Assembly: GCA_965231015.1 (NCBI GenBank)
Contig: OZ246408.1
Span: 211,755-275,754, forward strand
Origin: an uncultured Gammaproteobacteria bacterium
GTDB taxonomy: Bacteria; Patescibacteriota; Patescibacteriia; UBA9934; CAZDDW01
Direction of reading: 5' to 3'
DNA: 64,000 nucleotides
Shown: positions 55,120 to 64,000 of the stretch, in pieces
How the letters are laid out: each line of letters begins with the position of its first letter
How positions within the stretch are numbered: the first letter of the stretch is position 1
Notes under the pieces: model-generated
What the model saw: only the letters and a program-made list of their open reading frames with translations
What the model was told of the DNA's origin: nothing
Database searches by the model: none
Position numbers and translations under genes: made by a program

Positions 55120-56013
55120 TTACACTCCCATTGATCGAAGCTTTTTTATTCGATCTTCGATCGGTGGGTGAGTAGAAAAAAGCGAATTAAATTTTTTCTT
55201 GGTTTTGTGTGGATCAAACGGGTTGGCCAAGAACAGGTGGGCAGTGGCGTGGTTGGCTTTTTTGAGAGGTCGATCAATAGCCGCGATTTTTTCAAGTGCT
55301 CCGGCTAGTCCGTCCGGGTAGCGGGTCAACAAAGCGGCTGAAGCGTCAGCCATGTATTCTCGAGAACGGGAAACTGCCAATTTGATGAGTTCAGCAAACA
55401 AGGGGGAGAGAATTGCTAAAGCAATTCCGATAATGAAGATGATTAATCCGGCTTGACCACCACCGCGGTCACGCCGTCCACCAAAGAAAAATCCGCGCCG
55501 CATGATGTCGGAGAGCAGAAGCACGACTCCAACCAATACCACAACAAGAGTCATAACGCGGATATCTAAGTTTTTAATGTGCGACATTTCATGGGCTAAG
55601 ACACCCTGCAGTTCATTCTTGTCAAGGATTTGTAAGAGTCCTGTGGTCACGGCAATGCTGGCGTGCTCTGGGTCTCGTCCGGTTGCAAATGCATTTGGGG
55701 AAGGGTCGTTTATGAGATAGAGTTTTGGTGTTGATATACCTGCTGTGATAGCCAGGTTTTCTACCAAGTTGTAAAGGACGGCGTTATCACGTTTACTGAT
55801 CTGCCGAGCTCCAGCCGTAGCCAGGGTAACCGTGTCACCTTTAAAATATCCAACCAGAATCATGACAATGGCTATGATACCGGCCAGAACTAGTCCGAAA
55901 CTTGGTTCTGCAAAGTAATAGCCAAGGCTCCATCCAAGAACCATAATCACGATTGCAAAAATTGCGATCATCAAAATGGTCTTACGTTTGTTGCGCGTGA
56001 TCTCTTGGTACAT
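55120..56013 (-). CDS. htpX: zinc metalloprotease HtpX (M48)
   Basis: HEMSHIKNLD (HExxH) and TM topology typical of HtpX. Confidence 0.85.
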   Translation of the reverse strand: MYQEITRNKRKTILMIAIFAIVIMVLGWSLGYYFAEPSFGLVLAGIIAIVMILVGYFKGDTVTLATAGARQISKRDNAVLYNLVENLAITAGISTPKLYLINDPSPNAFATGRDPEHASIAVTTGLLQILDKNELQGVLAHEMSHIKNLDIRVMTLVVVLVGVVLLLSDIMRRGFFFGGRRDRGGGQAGLIIFIIGIALAILSPLFAELIKLAVSRSREYMADASAALLTRYPDGLAGALEKIAAIDRPLKKANHATAHLFLANPFDPHKTKKKFNSLFSTHPPIEDRIKKLRSMGV

Positions 56014-56025
56014 GACCGCGCGTAA

Positions 56026-56583
56026 TTAGAATTTAACTTCTGGTGCTTCGTGAACGCTATCAGGGGCGTCAAAGAATTCGTATTTCTTAAATCCAAGCAT
56101 TCCGCCAATCAGGTTGGTTGGTAAAACTTGAATTTTGGTATTGAAGTCACGGACATTGCCGTTATAAAAGCGGCGAGCGGCCTGAATTTTGTCTTCTGCA
56201 TCAACCAGCTCTTCTTGCAGGTGTTTGAAATTCCCAGCGGCTTGAAGAGCTGGGTAATTTTCTGCTACTGCAAACAAGCTCTTCAAAGTGTCGCTAAGCA
56301 TGTTTTCCGCTTTAGACTGCTCGGCCGGAGTTTTGGCCTGCATGGCAGAGGCACGAGCTTCGGTTACTTTGGTAAATACTCCTTCCTCATGTTTGGCATA
56401 ACCTTTGACAGTATTCACCAGATTTGGGATAAGGTCATAGCGTCGTTTCAGCTGGACTTCAATGTCAGACCAGGCTTCATCCACGCGGTTGCGCAAGCTA
56501 ATTAAGCCGTTATATGTTAAAATAAGCCAGATCGCAACTACGGCCAGCACCGCAAGAACGATCCACAAAGGGAGTAATGGCAT
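56026..56583 (-). CDS. lemA: LemA-family protein
   Basis: N-terminal TM plus the LemA core (NGLISLRNRVDEAWSDIEVQLKRRYDLIPNLV). Confidence 0.8.
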   Translation of the reverse strand: MPLLPLWIVLAVLAVVAIWLILTYNGLISLRNRVDEAWSDIEVQLKRRYDLIPNLVNTVKGYAKHEEGVFTKVTEARASAMQAKTPAEQSKAENMLSDTLKSLFAVAENYPALQAAGNFKHLQEELVDAEDKIQAARRFYNGNVRDFNTKIQVLPTNLIGGMLGFKKYEFFDAPDSVHEAPEVKF

Positions 56584-56659
56584 AGGGATAATCTTGAAAA
56601 ATTAGATTAAAAGTCTACAATAAGAATACCTTTTTTAACGCTATTAGTAAAGACATTTT

Positions 56660-57997
56660 ATGGATATTGACGAGAGTATTTTTAAGTCCTATGACATTAG
56701 GGCTACTACGGACAAGTTATCGCCAGAATTAGCGGAAATTGTCGGTTCAGCCCTAGTTCACATGACCAAGGCTAAAACTGTGGCTGTGGGGCATGATATG
56801 CGGCAAAGTTCTCCGGAATTGGCAGAAGGTCTAATTAGGGGTATCGCAAGCCAGGGGGCTAAAGCCGTGGACATTGGAATGTGTACTACCACCATGTTTA
56901 ATTTTGTCGTGTCTGATTATGATGAAATTGAGGCCGCGGCCATGGTGACCGCTTCACACAATCCAGCCGAATATAACGGAATAAAAATGGCTAACGCAGA
57001 CGGGTTTCCAATCAGTGGGGAGGAAATCAAGGGTGCTGTGATTGGCCAGGAATATCCAGCAATAGGTGAGCCCGGGGAAGTGGAAAAGCGAGATATCATG
57101 AATGATTATTTGGATAAGATTTTTGGGCTGGTGCAGCTGCCATCTTTAGATGGAATGACAATTGTTGTTGATGCTGGAAATGGAATGGCAGGCCTGATTT
57201 TGCCAAAAATGTTTGAACGGATGGACGCCGAGTTTCATACCCTCTACATGGAACCGAATGGCAATTTTCCCAATCATGAAGCTAACCCGGTAAAAGAAGA
57301 AACCCTGGACGACCTAAAGGACAAGATGAAAGAAGTTGGGGCTGATCTTGGAGCGGCCTTTGACGGCGATGGGGACAGGGTTGGTTTTGTGGATGAAAAA
57401 TTAAATACCATCCGAGGTGATATTTTATTAGCCATGCTGGCCACGGAATATCTAAAACAACATCCGGGCGGCAAGGTGTACACAGCTGTCAATCAGAGTT
57501 GGGCGGTGCGTGACGCTGTTGAAGCCGCAGGAGGAGAAGTGGTTATGAACAAAGTGGGGCGAACCAATGCGATCAAGTGGATGAAAGAGAACGGAGGTGT
57601 GTTGGGCGGCGAGGTATCCAGTCATTTTTTCTTTCAGGAGTTTAACGATCTTGAATCAAGTGAGTTTGCTTTTCTGCTCATCATCAAAATGATTGCTGAA
57701 AGTGGTAAGACATTTTTAGAAATCATGACTCCTTATACGAAGTACGCTTCAGGCGGAGAGAATAATTTTGAGGTCGAGGACAAAGAGGGTACAATTAAGA
57801 GGCTGGTTGATGCTTATCAAGATGAAGCAGTGAATATGATCGATATTGATGGAGTGCGGCTTGAGTTTAATGATTGGTGGTTCAATGTTCGAGCCTCCAG
57901 TACCGAGCCTTTAATCCGTCTTACTTTGGAAGCCGAGTCTGAAGAGATCTTGGCAGAAAAAAAGCAGGCCTTAATTGAATTAATCACGAAGTCATGA
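56660..57997 (+). CDS. phosphohexomutase (phosphomannomutase/phosphoglucomutase/GlmM family)
   Basis: Active-site loop TASHNPAEYNGIK; Mg site FDGDGDR. Confidence 0.8.
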   Translation: MDIDESIFKSYDIRATTDKLSPELAEIVGSALVHMTKAKTVAVGHDMRQSSPELAEGLIRGIASQGAKAVDIGMCTTTMFNFVVSDYDEIEAAAMVTASHNPAEYNGIKMANADGFPISGEEIKGAVIGQEYPAIGEPGEVEKRDIMNDYLDKIFGLVQLPSLDGMTIVVDAGNGMAGLILPKMFERMDAEFHTLYMEPNGNFPNHEANPVKEETLDDLKDKMKEVGADLGAAFDGDGDRVGFVDEKLNTIRGDILLAMLATEYLKQHPGGKVYTAVNQSWAVRDAVEAAGGEVVMNKVGRTNAIKWMKENGGVLGGEVSSHFFFQEFNDLESSEFAFLLIIKMIAESGKTFLEIMTPYTKYASGGENNFEVEDKEGTIKRLVDAYQDEAVNMIDIDGVRLEFNDWWFNVRASSTEPLIRLTLEAESEEILAEKKQALIELITKS

Positions 57998-59115
57998 TTG
58001 GAATAGGAACAATTTTGCTATTTTTAGCGGTTTTATCAGTTTTAGTTTTAGTGCATGAAATAGGCCATTTTGTAGCCGCTCGCAAGTTTGGTTGCAAGGT
58101 TAAAGAATTTGGAATCGGTTTTCCACCACGCGCTAAAGTTTGGAAACACAAAGGAATCGAATATACTCTGAATTGGATTCCTCTCGGTGGTTTTGTGCGG
58201 ATTAAAGGTGAGTCCGGAGAGCACCGAGAGGAGGAAGACAGTTTTTCTGCTAAGCCGGCCTGGCAACGGTTTATTATTTTGTTTGCCGGGGTGGCCATGA
58301 ACTTTGTTTTTGCAGCCGTGCTGCTTAGTATTGGTTTCATGATCGGGCTTCCTTCGGCGATCGATGAAAATTTGCCAACAGGGGCACGTGTTTCTGGTGA
58401 AGCGGTGCGGATTGTGACTGTGCTTGAAGATGGTCCGGCATCTGAAGCAGGGCTCAAACGTGGTGATGAAGTTGCAGCGGTTAATGACCGTGTGTTTACT
58501 GACGGTGAAGAAGCTCGGGCATATGTTTCCGAGCAGGGTGCGGAGCCGGTCAATCTAACTATAAAACGCTCAGACGGTTATCATGACATCACGGTCCAAC
58601 CGGCCTATGTTGAAGAGTTGGATGGAATCGGGATCGGGGTTGGATTTTTGACTACCGGATTTGTAAGCTTTGCGCCACATCTAGCCGTGTGGCATGGAAT
58701 TGAGACCACGGTTTTATTTACCCGTGAGGTGACGGTAGCGTTTGCGGTTATATTGAAAAATTTGGTGACCGGCCAAGGGGTGGCTGAAGAAATATCTGGG
58801 CCAGTTGGTATTGCGGTTATGACCGGTGAAGTGGCTCGGTTGGGAATCTCTTACATCATTCAGTTTGCTGCCATTCTTTCCATTAACCTAGCCATCTTAA
58901 ATATTTTACCGTTCCCCGCTCTTGACGGCGGCCGGATCGTTTTCCTTTTTTTGGAAAAAATAAAAGGAAAGCCGGTTAGTGAAAGGGTGGAAGGTTTAGT
59001 GCACAGTTTGGGATTTATATTTTTGATGGGACTCGTGGTATTGATTACTTATCGTGACTTTGTTCGTTTCGGTGATCAATTTTGGGAAGCAATGAAAGGT
59101 GTGTTTGGTGTATAA
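57994..59115 (+). CDS. rseP: RIP metalloprotease RseP (site-2 protease, M50) with PDZ domain
   Basis: HEIGHFVAARKFG HExxH in TM1; LDG motif region NILPFPALDGG. Confidence 0.8.
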   Translation: MIGIGTILLFLAVLSVLVLVHEIGHFVAARKFGCKVKEFGIGFPPRAKVWKHKGIEYTLNWIPLGGFVRIKGESGEHREEEDSFSAKPAWQRFIILFAGVAMNFVFAAVLLSIGFMIGLPSAIDENLPTGARVSGEAVRIVTVLEDGPASEAGLKRGDEVAAVNDRVFTDGEEARAYVSEQGAEPVNLTIKRSDGYHDITVQPAYVEELDGIGIGVGFLTTGFVSFAPHLAVWHGIETTVLFTREVTVAFAVILKNLVTGQGVAEEISGPVGIAVMTGEVARLGISYIIQFAAILSINLAILNILPFPALDGGRIVFLFLEKIKGKPVSERVEGLVHSLGFIFLMGLVVLITYRDFVRFGDQFWEAMKGVFGV

Positions 59116-59157
59116 TGGCAAAAATGATAAGTTTCAAATGACGAATGTCAAAAATAT

Positions 59158-60213
59158 ATGGAAGAGCAATTGAAAAAACTGGCTAAAGATTTAGAAAAAG
59201 CCCTAGATTCAGCGAAAAATGAGCAGGATTTAGAAGCAGTTCGGGTTGAGTTTTTGGGTCGAAAAGGAAAGTTGTCCGAGCTTATGAGGGGTCTAAAGGA
59301 TTTGTCGGAGGATGAGCGGAAATCAGTTGGGCAGGCGGCAAATCAGATAAAGGAAACAATGGAAAAGAAATTTGAGGCCGTGGAATGTGCCCTTAAGGTC
59401 GCACGAGCAGGTGAGCTAGAGCAGGAAGAGTGGTTGGATATTACTTTGCCGGGTCTGGCACCGCGGCAGGGGCATTTACATCCGGTGACACAAGCTATTA
59501 ACGAGATCACAGACATTTTTTCCAAGATCGGTTTTGTGCGAGCCGGTTTTCCTGAAGCTGATTGGGATTACTATGCTTTTGAGTCCCTTAATATGCCGGG
59601 TGATCATCCGGCACGAGATGAGTGGGAGACATTTTTTATTGATGCGCTGGAAGGAAAGAAAGGAAAAATTGTATTGACTCCCCACACCTCTAACTCACAA
59701 GTTCGTGATCTGGAAGAACAGGATTTGCCAATTCGGATGATTAACATCGGGAAGTGTTATCGTCGGCAATCAGACGTGTCGCACTCCCAGATGTTTCATC
59801 AGTTTGAGGGTTTAATGATCGATAAAGATGTTTCGATCACACATTTACGAGGCGTCATGGATCACTTTGTGAAAAGTTATTTTGGCCCTGACCGGTTAAT
59901 TCGTTTACGGCCATTTCACTTTCGTTTCACTGAACCGAGTTTTGAACTCGATATTTCCTGTGATGCGTGTAAGGGAACCGGTAAGATCGACGGAGCAGTT
60001 TGCCGATTATGCAAAGAAGGTTGGTTGGAGCTTGGTGGAGCCGGCATGGTTCACCCAAACGTTCTAAAAGCCGGCGGAGTTGATCCGGACGAATACAGCG
60101 GCTTTGCTTTTGGTTGGGGAGTAGAAAGAACCATGATGATGAAGGAAGGAACCTCAATTGCCGACATTCGCATTCTTTATAAAAACAATCTTAAATTCCT
60201 CGAGCAGTTCTAA
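59158..60213 (+). CDS. pheS: phenylalanine--tRNA ligase alpha subunit
   Basis: Class II aaRS motifs (…FRRQSDVSHSQMFHQFEGL…, GWGVERT). Confidence 0.9.
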   Translation: MEEQLKKLAKDLEKALDSAKNEQDLEAVRVEFLGRKGKLSELMRGLKDLSEDERKSVGQAANQIKETMEKKFEAVECALKVARAGELEQEEWLDITLPGLAPRQGHLHPVTQAINEITDIFSKIGFVRAGFPEADWDYYAFESLNMPGDHPARDEWETFFIDALEGKKGKIVLTPHTSNSQVRDLEEQDLPIRMINIGKCYRRQSDVSHSQMFHQFEGLMIDKDVSITHLRGVMDHFVKSYFGPDRLIRLRPFHFRFTEPSFELDISCDACKGTGKIDGAVCRLCKEGWLELGGAGMVHPNVLKAGGVDPDEYSGFAFGWGVERTMMMKEGTSIADIRILYKNNLKFLEQF

Positions 60214-60214
60214 T

Positions 60215-62605
60215 ATGAATATTCTAGCTTCTTACAATTGGATCAAAGAGTACCTGGACACCAAAGATAGTGCCGAGGAGTTTGCTAAAAAGATCACGCT
60301 CTCCGGATGCGGAGTGGAAAACATGATCAATGAGGTAGAGCGGTATGAAGGTGTGATGATCGGGCAGGTGACAGAATTAAAGGAACACCCGAATGCAGAT
60401 AAGCTTAAAATTGCGGTCACGGATATAGGAAAGAAAGTTGATATTGTTTGTGGAGGGGTCAATTTACAGGAAGGAATGAAAGTGGTGGTTGCTAAGCCGG
60501 GGTCTAGTGTGCGCTGGCACGGAGAAGAGGAGTGGACTCGTCTTGAAGAAGTTGAAGTGCGTGGAGTAAAAAGCCACGGCATGATTTGTGCTCCTGAAGA
60601 GCTCGGGCTTGATAAACTTCAGGTTGGACCAAAAGATATTTGGGACGTGACACAATTAACCGACGCTAAACCCGGGACGTCTTTTTCTGAGGCCATGGGT
60701 TTCAATGATATTGTCTATGATGTTGAGGTGACCACTAACCGACCGGACGCTATGTGTATTATCGGTTTAGCGCGTGAGGGGCACGTGGTGACGGGTGATG
60801 ATTTTGAAATCAAGACTGCGGCCGGAACAGAAAAAACAGCCAAAGCAAAAGAGTTATCAGTCGAGGTCGCTAACCAGGAATTGTGTCCGAGGTACCAGGT
60901 AGTGGTTATTAACGGTGTTAAGGTTGGGCCTTCTCCTTGGTGGTTGCAAAAGCGATTACTGGCCGCGGGACACAAACCTATAAATAATATTGTTGATATT
61001 ACAAATTATGTTTTGCATGAGTACGCTCAACCCATGCACGCTTTTGATTACGAAAAATTAGAAGGAAACAAAATTGTGGTTCGTCCGGCGAAAAAAGGAG
61101 AAAGGATAACCGTTCTTGATGAAACCGAGCATGAGCTTGATAAAAATAATTTGGTTATAGCTGACCAAAAGCAGCCTGTGGCAATTGCCGGTGTGATGGG
61201 TGGTTTGGATACAGGAGTAACAGAAAAAACAACAGCAATTGTTTTTGAGGCCGCAAATTTTGATCCGGTTTCTGTACGAAAGACTTCACGAGCTTTAAAT
61301 CTGCAATCTGATTCACAGCAGTTGTTTGAAAAAGGTCTTTCGACCGAGGCAACCAGTGCGGCTATGAGTCGGGCGGTTGAACTCACTCTTGAATTAGCCG
61401 GTGGTCAAGTCGCGTCAAAGAATTTTGATATTCGAGCCAAGAAATATGAACCGCTTAAGTTTAAGTTCGATCCGGTTCAAGCGGTTAAGCTGATTGGAGT
61501 AGATTTAAAAGAAACAGACATGGTTCATATTTTGGAACGGCTTGGTTTTGATTTAACTAAGAAGGAAGACGTTTATGAAGTGGTGGTACCGTATTGGCGC
61601 GACCATGATATTGAAGCGGACGTTGATTTGATCGAGGAAGTGGCTCGGGTGCACGGTTATGATAATTTGCCAAGTGAAATTCCATCAGGCAAAATTCCGT
61701 TCCGCAGAATGTCTCCAGAGCTTGTTTGGGAGCGCAAAATAAAGGACATATTGTGTTCTGCGGGAGCCACTGAGGCGTTTAGCATGTCCATTATCAGCGA
61801 AGATGATCTGGTGGCTTATGGTATCGAACCAAAAGAAGCTGTGGCGATTACCAATGAGTTGAGTTTAGATCAAAAATATATGCGGCCAAGTCTGATGCCA
61901 GGCTTGTTGCGTTCCATTAAAGCAAACGAGACAGAAGATCCTGAAGCAGTTTGGTTTGAACTTTCCCGCGTGTTCGTTCCCAAGTCAAAGGATTTGCCTG
62001 AAGAGCCACGTAAGTTGCTTTTAGGAGTTTGTTCATCGGATGGTGCCAAGGCTTTCTTTGAAGCAAAAGGTATTTGGACTCGTTTAGCAGATGAAACCGG
62101 AATCAAGAATTGGACTTTGGAGCGTGGAGTCAAAGATAAGCGCTGGCATCAAGGTCGTTCGGCTAAAATTTTGATTGACGGCAAGGAAATAGGAGTGATA
62201 GGTGAGGTGGCTCGGGAGGTTGCGGTGCGATTTGGAATTGATTCTCGGGTAAGTTTGGTTGACGTTGACTTTACAAGTCTTCTGCCACACTTGAGTAATA
62301 CCAAATCATACACCCCACCACCGGAGTTTCCGGCTGTGAAGCGTGATTTAGCTTTTGTGCTTGATCGAAAAATAGAATATGGACAGGTAAAAGCGGCTAT
62401 CGGATCAGTCAGCGAGCTCGTTTCATCAGTGGAGGTTTTCGATGTTTATACCGGTGAGGGTGTGGAGGCAGATAAAAAGAGCCTGGCGGTGCACATGGAA
62501 TTTATTTCACCGGAAAAAACTTTAACTGGTGAAGAGGTTGAGATTGAGGTAAAAAAGGTAATCGGCGTGCTTGAAAAGGAATTCTCTGCTACAATAAGAG
62601 GGTAA
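60215..62605 (+). CDS. pheT: phenylalanine--tRNA ligase beta subunit
   Basis: tRNA-binding domain, B3/4 and B5 domains, FDVY anticodon-binding C-terminus; ATG 2 nt after the pheS stop. Confidence 0.85.
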   Translation: MNILASYNWIKEYLDTKDSAEEFAKKITLSGCGVENMINEVERYEGVMIGQVTELKEHPNADKLKIAVTDIGKKVDIVCGGVNLQEGMKVVVAKPGSSVRWHGEEEWTRLEEVEVRGVKSHGMICAPEELGLDKLQVGPKDIWDVTQLTDAKPGTSFSEAMGFNDIVYDVEVTTNRPDAMCIIGLAREGHVVTGDDFEIKTAAGTEKTAKAKELSVEVANQELCPRYQVVVINGVKVGPSPWWLQKRLLAAGHKPINNIVDITNYVLHEYAQPMHAFDYEKLEGNKIVVRPAKKGERITVLDETEHELDKNNLVIADQKQPVAIAGVMGGLDTGVTEKTTAIVFEAANFDPVSVRKTSRALNLQSDSQQLFEKGLSTEATSAAMSRAVELTLELAGGQVASKNFDIRAKKYEPLKFKFDPVQAVKLIGVDLKETDMVHILERLGFDLTKKEDVYEVVVPYWRDHDIEADVDLIEEVARVHGYDNLPSEIPSGKIPFRRMSPELVWERKIKDILCSAGATEAFSMSIISEDDLVAYGIEPKEAVAITNELSLDQKYMRPSLMPGLLRSIKANETEDPEAVWFELSRVFVPKSKDLPEEPRKLLLGVCSSDGAKAFFEAKGIWTRLADETGIKNWTLERGVKDKRWHQGRSAKILIDGKEIGVIGEVAREVAVRFGIDSRVSLVDVDFTSLLPHLSNTKSYTPPPEFPAVKRDLAFVLDRKIEYGQVKAAIGSVSELVSSVEVFDVYTGEGVEADKKSLAVHMEFISPEKTLTGEEVEIEVKKVIGVLEKEFSATIRG

Positions 62606-62618
62606 ATAAAACAATTCT

Positions 62619-62912
62619 ATGATTGAAGCAAAAGATATTTTATACATTGTGTTGGCTTTTTCAGTTCTTTGGTTTACCGCCTTTGTATGCTGGCTTATTT
62701 GGCAGGTAGCCATGATTTTAAAAAATGTGAACGACACTCTGTCTGAAGCTCGGGAAAAGATGGCCAAGATTGATGCCACCCTTGCGGCCATTCGTGATAA
62801 GTTTGAACACGCCAGTACCAGTTTGAGTCTGCTTGTTGAAGGTGGAAAGAGGGTTATTGATTACGTGGTGGAACGGAAAAAGGAAAAGCGGGAACAAAGA
62901 GAAAAAGAATAA
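62619..62912 (+). CDS. small membrane-anchored protein with Lys/Glu-rich tail (DUF948-like), hypothetical
   Basis: N-terminal TM, coiled-coil-like remainder. Confidence 0.35.
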   Translation: MIEAKDILYIVLAFSVLWFTAFVCWLIWQVAMILKNVNDTLSEAREKMAKIDATLAAIRDKFEHASTSLSLLVEGGKRVIDYVVERKKEKREQREKE

Positions 62913-62932
62913 GTAAAACCAGAAAAAGAAAC

Positions 62933-62958
62933 AAGAACGGACGTGGGTCCGTTCTTTT
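62933..62958 (+). terminator. rho-independent terminator AAGAACGGAC-GTGG-GTCCGTTCTT followed by TTGA
   Basis: Perfect 10-bp stem. Confidence 0.55.
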
Positions 62959-62979
62959 GATTCGGTGAAGGATCAGGCA

Positions 62980-63300
62980 CTAGTCATCGCGCTCGATCCC
63001 GAGGAAGTGTTCATCGTGAAGACGGGGGGTTGTTTTTTTCTGGAAGGAGTGAGGTCCTACCCCAACCCAGAAAAATAGCAGGGACATCAGAATCATGATG
63101 CCAATCCCCATGGTGCTCATGTAGATTGGGAAGACTCCGTCAGTGTCCATGACTCGCAGCCACTGCCAGACGGTCAGGCCGTCTTCGAGCGGTTTTTGAA
63201 AGATGAACGAGATGGTGGTGCCAAGAATCATGGCACAGCCAAGCGCCACCAGTCGACCCAACACTTCTTTCAGGGTCGGGAAGTCGTTGTGTTTGGTCAT
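62980..63300 (-). CDS. small 2-3 TM membrane protein, hypothetical (GC-richer)
   Basis: RBS AAGGGGGAAA before the ATG at 63300. Confidence 0.4.
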   Translation of the reverse strand: MTKHNDFPTLKEVLGRLVALGCAMILGTTISFIFQKPLEDGLTVWQWLRVMDTDGVFPIYMSTMGIGIMILMSLLFFWVGVGPHSFQKKTTPRLHDEHFLGIERDD

Positions 63301-63425
63301 TTTCCCCCTTCCGCCGCGCCCCATACACGACACCTCAGCTTACACGATATTAGCATTATGTCAAGCTTTGTAAGCTAAAATTCAGACTTTCACGAACTAT
63401 AAAAATCTGCTAAGGTAAGGTTGTT

Positions 63426-64000
63426 ATGGGATCGCTAAACCCGAAGGATTTCGTGCATTTGCACGTGCATAGTCATTATTCTCTCCTCGAAGCATTGCCT
63501 AAAATCGGGGAGATTTTGGATCACGTGAAGGATCAAGGCTCTGATGCTGTATCAATCACTGACAATGGAGCGTTGTATGGAGCGATTGAGTTTTATCAGA
63601 AAGCAGAGAAAGCCGAGATGAAACCGATCATCGGAATGGATGCTTACATGGCACAGTACGGTCGGCACTCCAAGCGTGGTAGGGTCGACGCTAAGCCTTG
63701 GCGACTTGTACTACTGGCCAAAAACAATCAAGGGTACAAGAATATCGTCAAACTTTCGAGTTTAGGTTTTCTCGAGGGTTTTTATTATAAGCCGCGAATT
63801 GATGACGAGCTGCTTGCTGAATATTCGGACGGAATCATTGCTCTTTCAGGAGGAGCCTTTGGCGAGATTCCAAGTTTGGTACGGGAGAACGGTCATGAAA
63901 AGGCCGTAGAAGCCATTAAGCGATATCAGAAAATATTCGGGGAAGATAATTTCTATCTCGAACTTGTCGACCGGCCGGAAATACCAGAACAGGGTTCAAC
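63426..64000 (+). CDS. dnaE: DNA polymerase III alpha subunit, N-terminal PHP domain (partial, runs off the window)
   Basis: FVHLHVHSHYSLLEAL PHP signature; the ORF continues to the window end. Confidence 0.8.
   Translation, partial: MGSLNPKDFVHLHVHSHYSLLEALPKIGEILDHVKDQGSDAVSITDNGALYGAIEFYQKAEKAEMKPIIGMDAYMAQYGRHSKRGRVDAKPWRLVLLAKNNQGYKNIVKLSSLGFLEGFYYKPRIDDELLAEYSDGIIALSGGAFGEIPSLVRENGHEKAVEAIKRYQKIFGEDNFYLELVDRPEIPEQGS

Overview
This 64-kb window comes from an AT-rich, gene-dense bacterial chromosome that uses the standard genetic code; TGA, TAG and TAA are all used as stops. Housekeeping genes include a pyrF/pyrE-like pair, nusA, yidC, groES-groEL with a textbook CIRCE operator, prfB, a galE-like epimerase, a GT2 transferase, tsaC, rsmA(ksgA), recG, radA, a clpC-like ATPase, lemA-htpX, a phosphohexomutase, rseP, pheS-pheT and the 5' end of dnaE. 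There are four tRNAs: Val-TAC, Ser-TGA, Ser-GCT and Arg-GCG. The accessory content is in five parts. (1) A 3190-aa cysteine-rich giant secreted protein sits behind a small TSP3-repeat membrane protein. (2) An island at about 27.3-34.5 kb holds markedly GC-richer, probably horizontally acquired genes for secreted or lipoprotein hydrolases: an M23 peptidase, an HExxH protein and lipoproteins with poly-Asp linkers. (3) The same island holds a short PaaX-family regulator behind a perfect 28-bp palindrome. (4) The island also holds a REP-associated Y1 transposase (RAYT) gene with an in-frame amber codon, and dispersed GTAGGGG-headed REP-like palindromes occur across the window. (5) A type IV secretion-like module (VirB6-like, PrgI/VirB3-like, a split VirB4, a possible VirB8-like protein) is physically linked to comFC, recG and radA, and to a convergent clpC...dsbA...VirB2-like/M15-peptidase...radA operon. 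I read this as a candidate ComB-like DNA-uptake or host-interaction apparatus. The gene content is consistent with an ultrasmall reduced-genome (CPR-like) bacterium, but that is inference. No CRISPR array or rRNA genes were seen.
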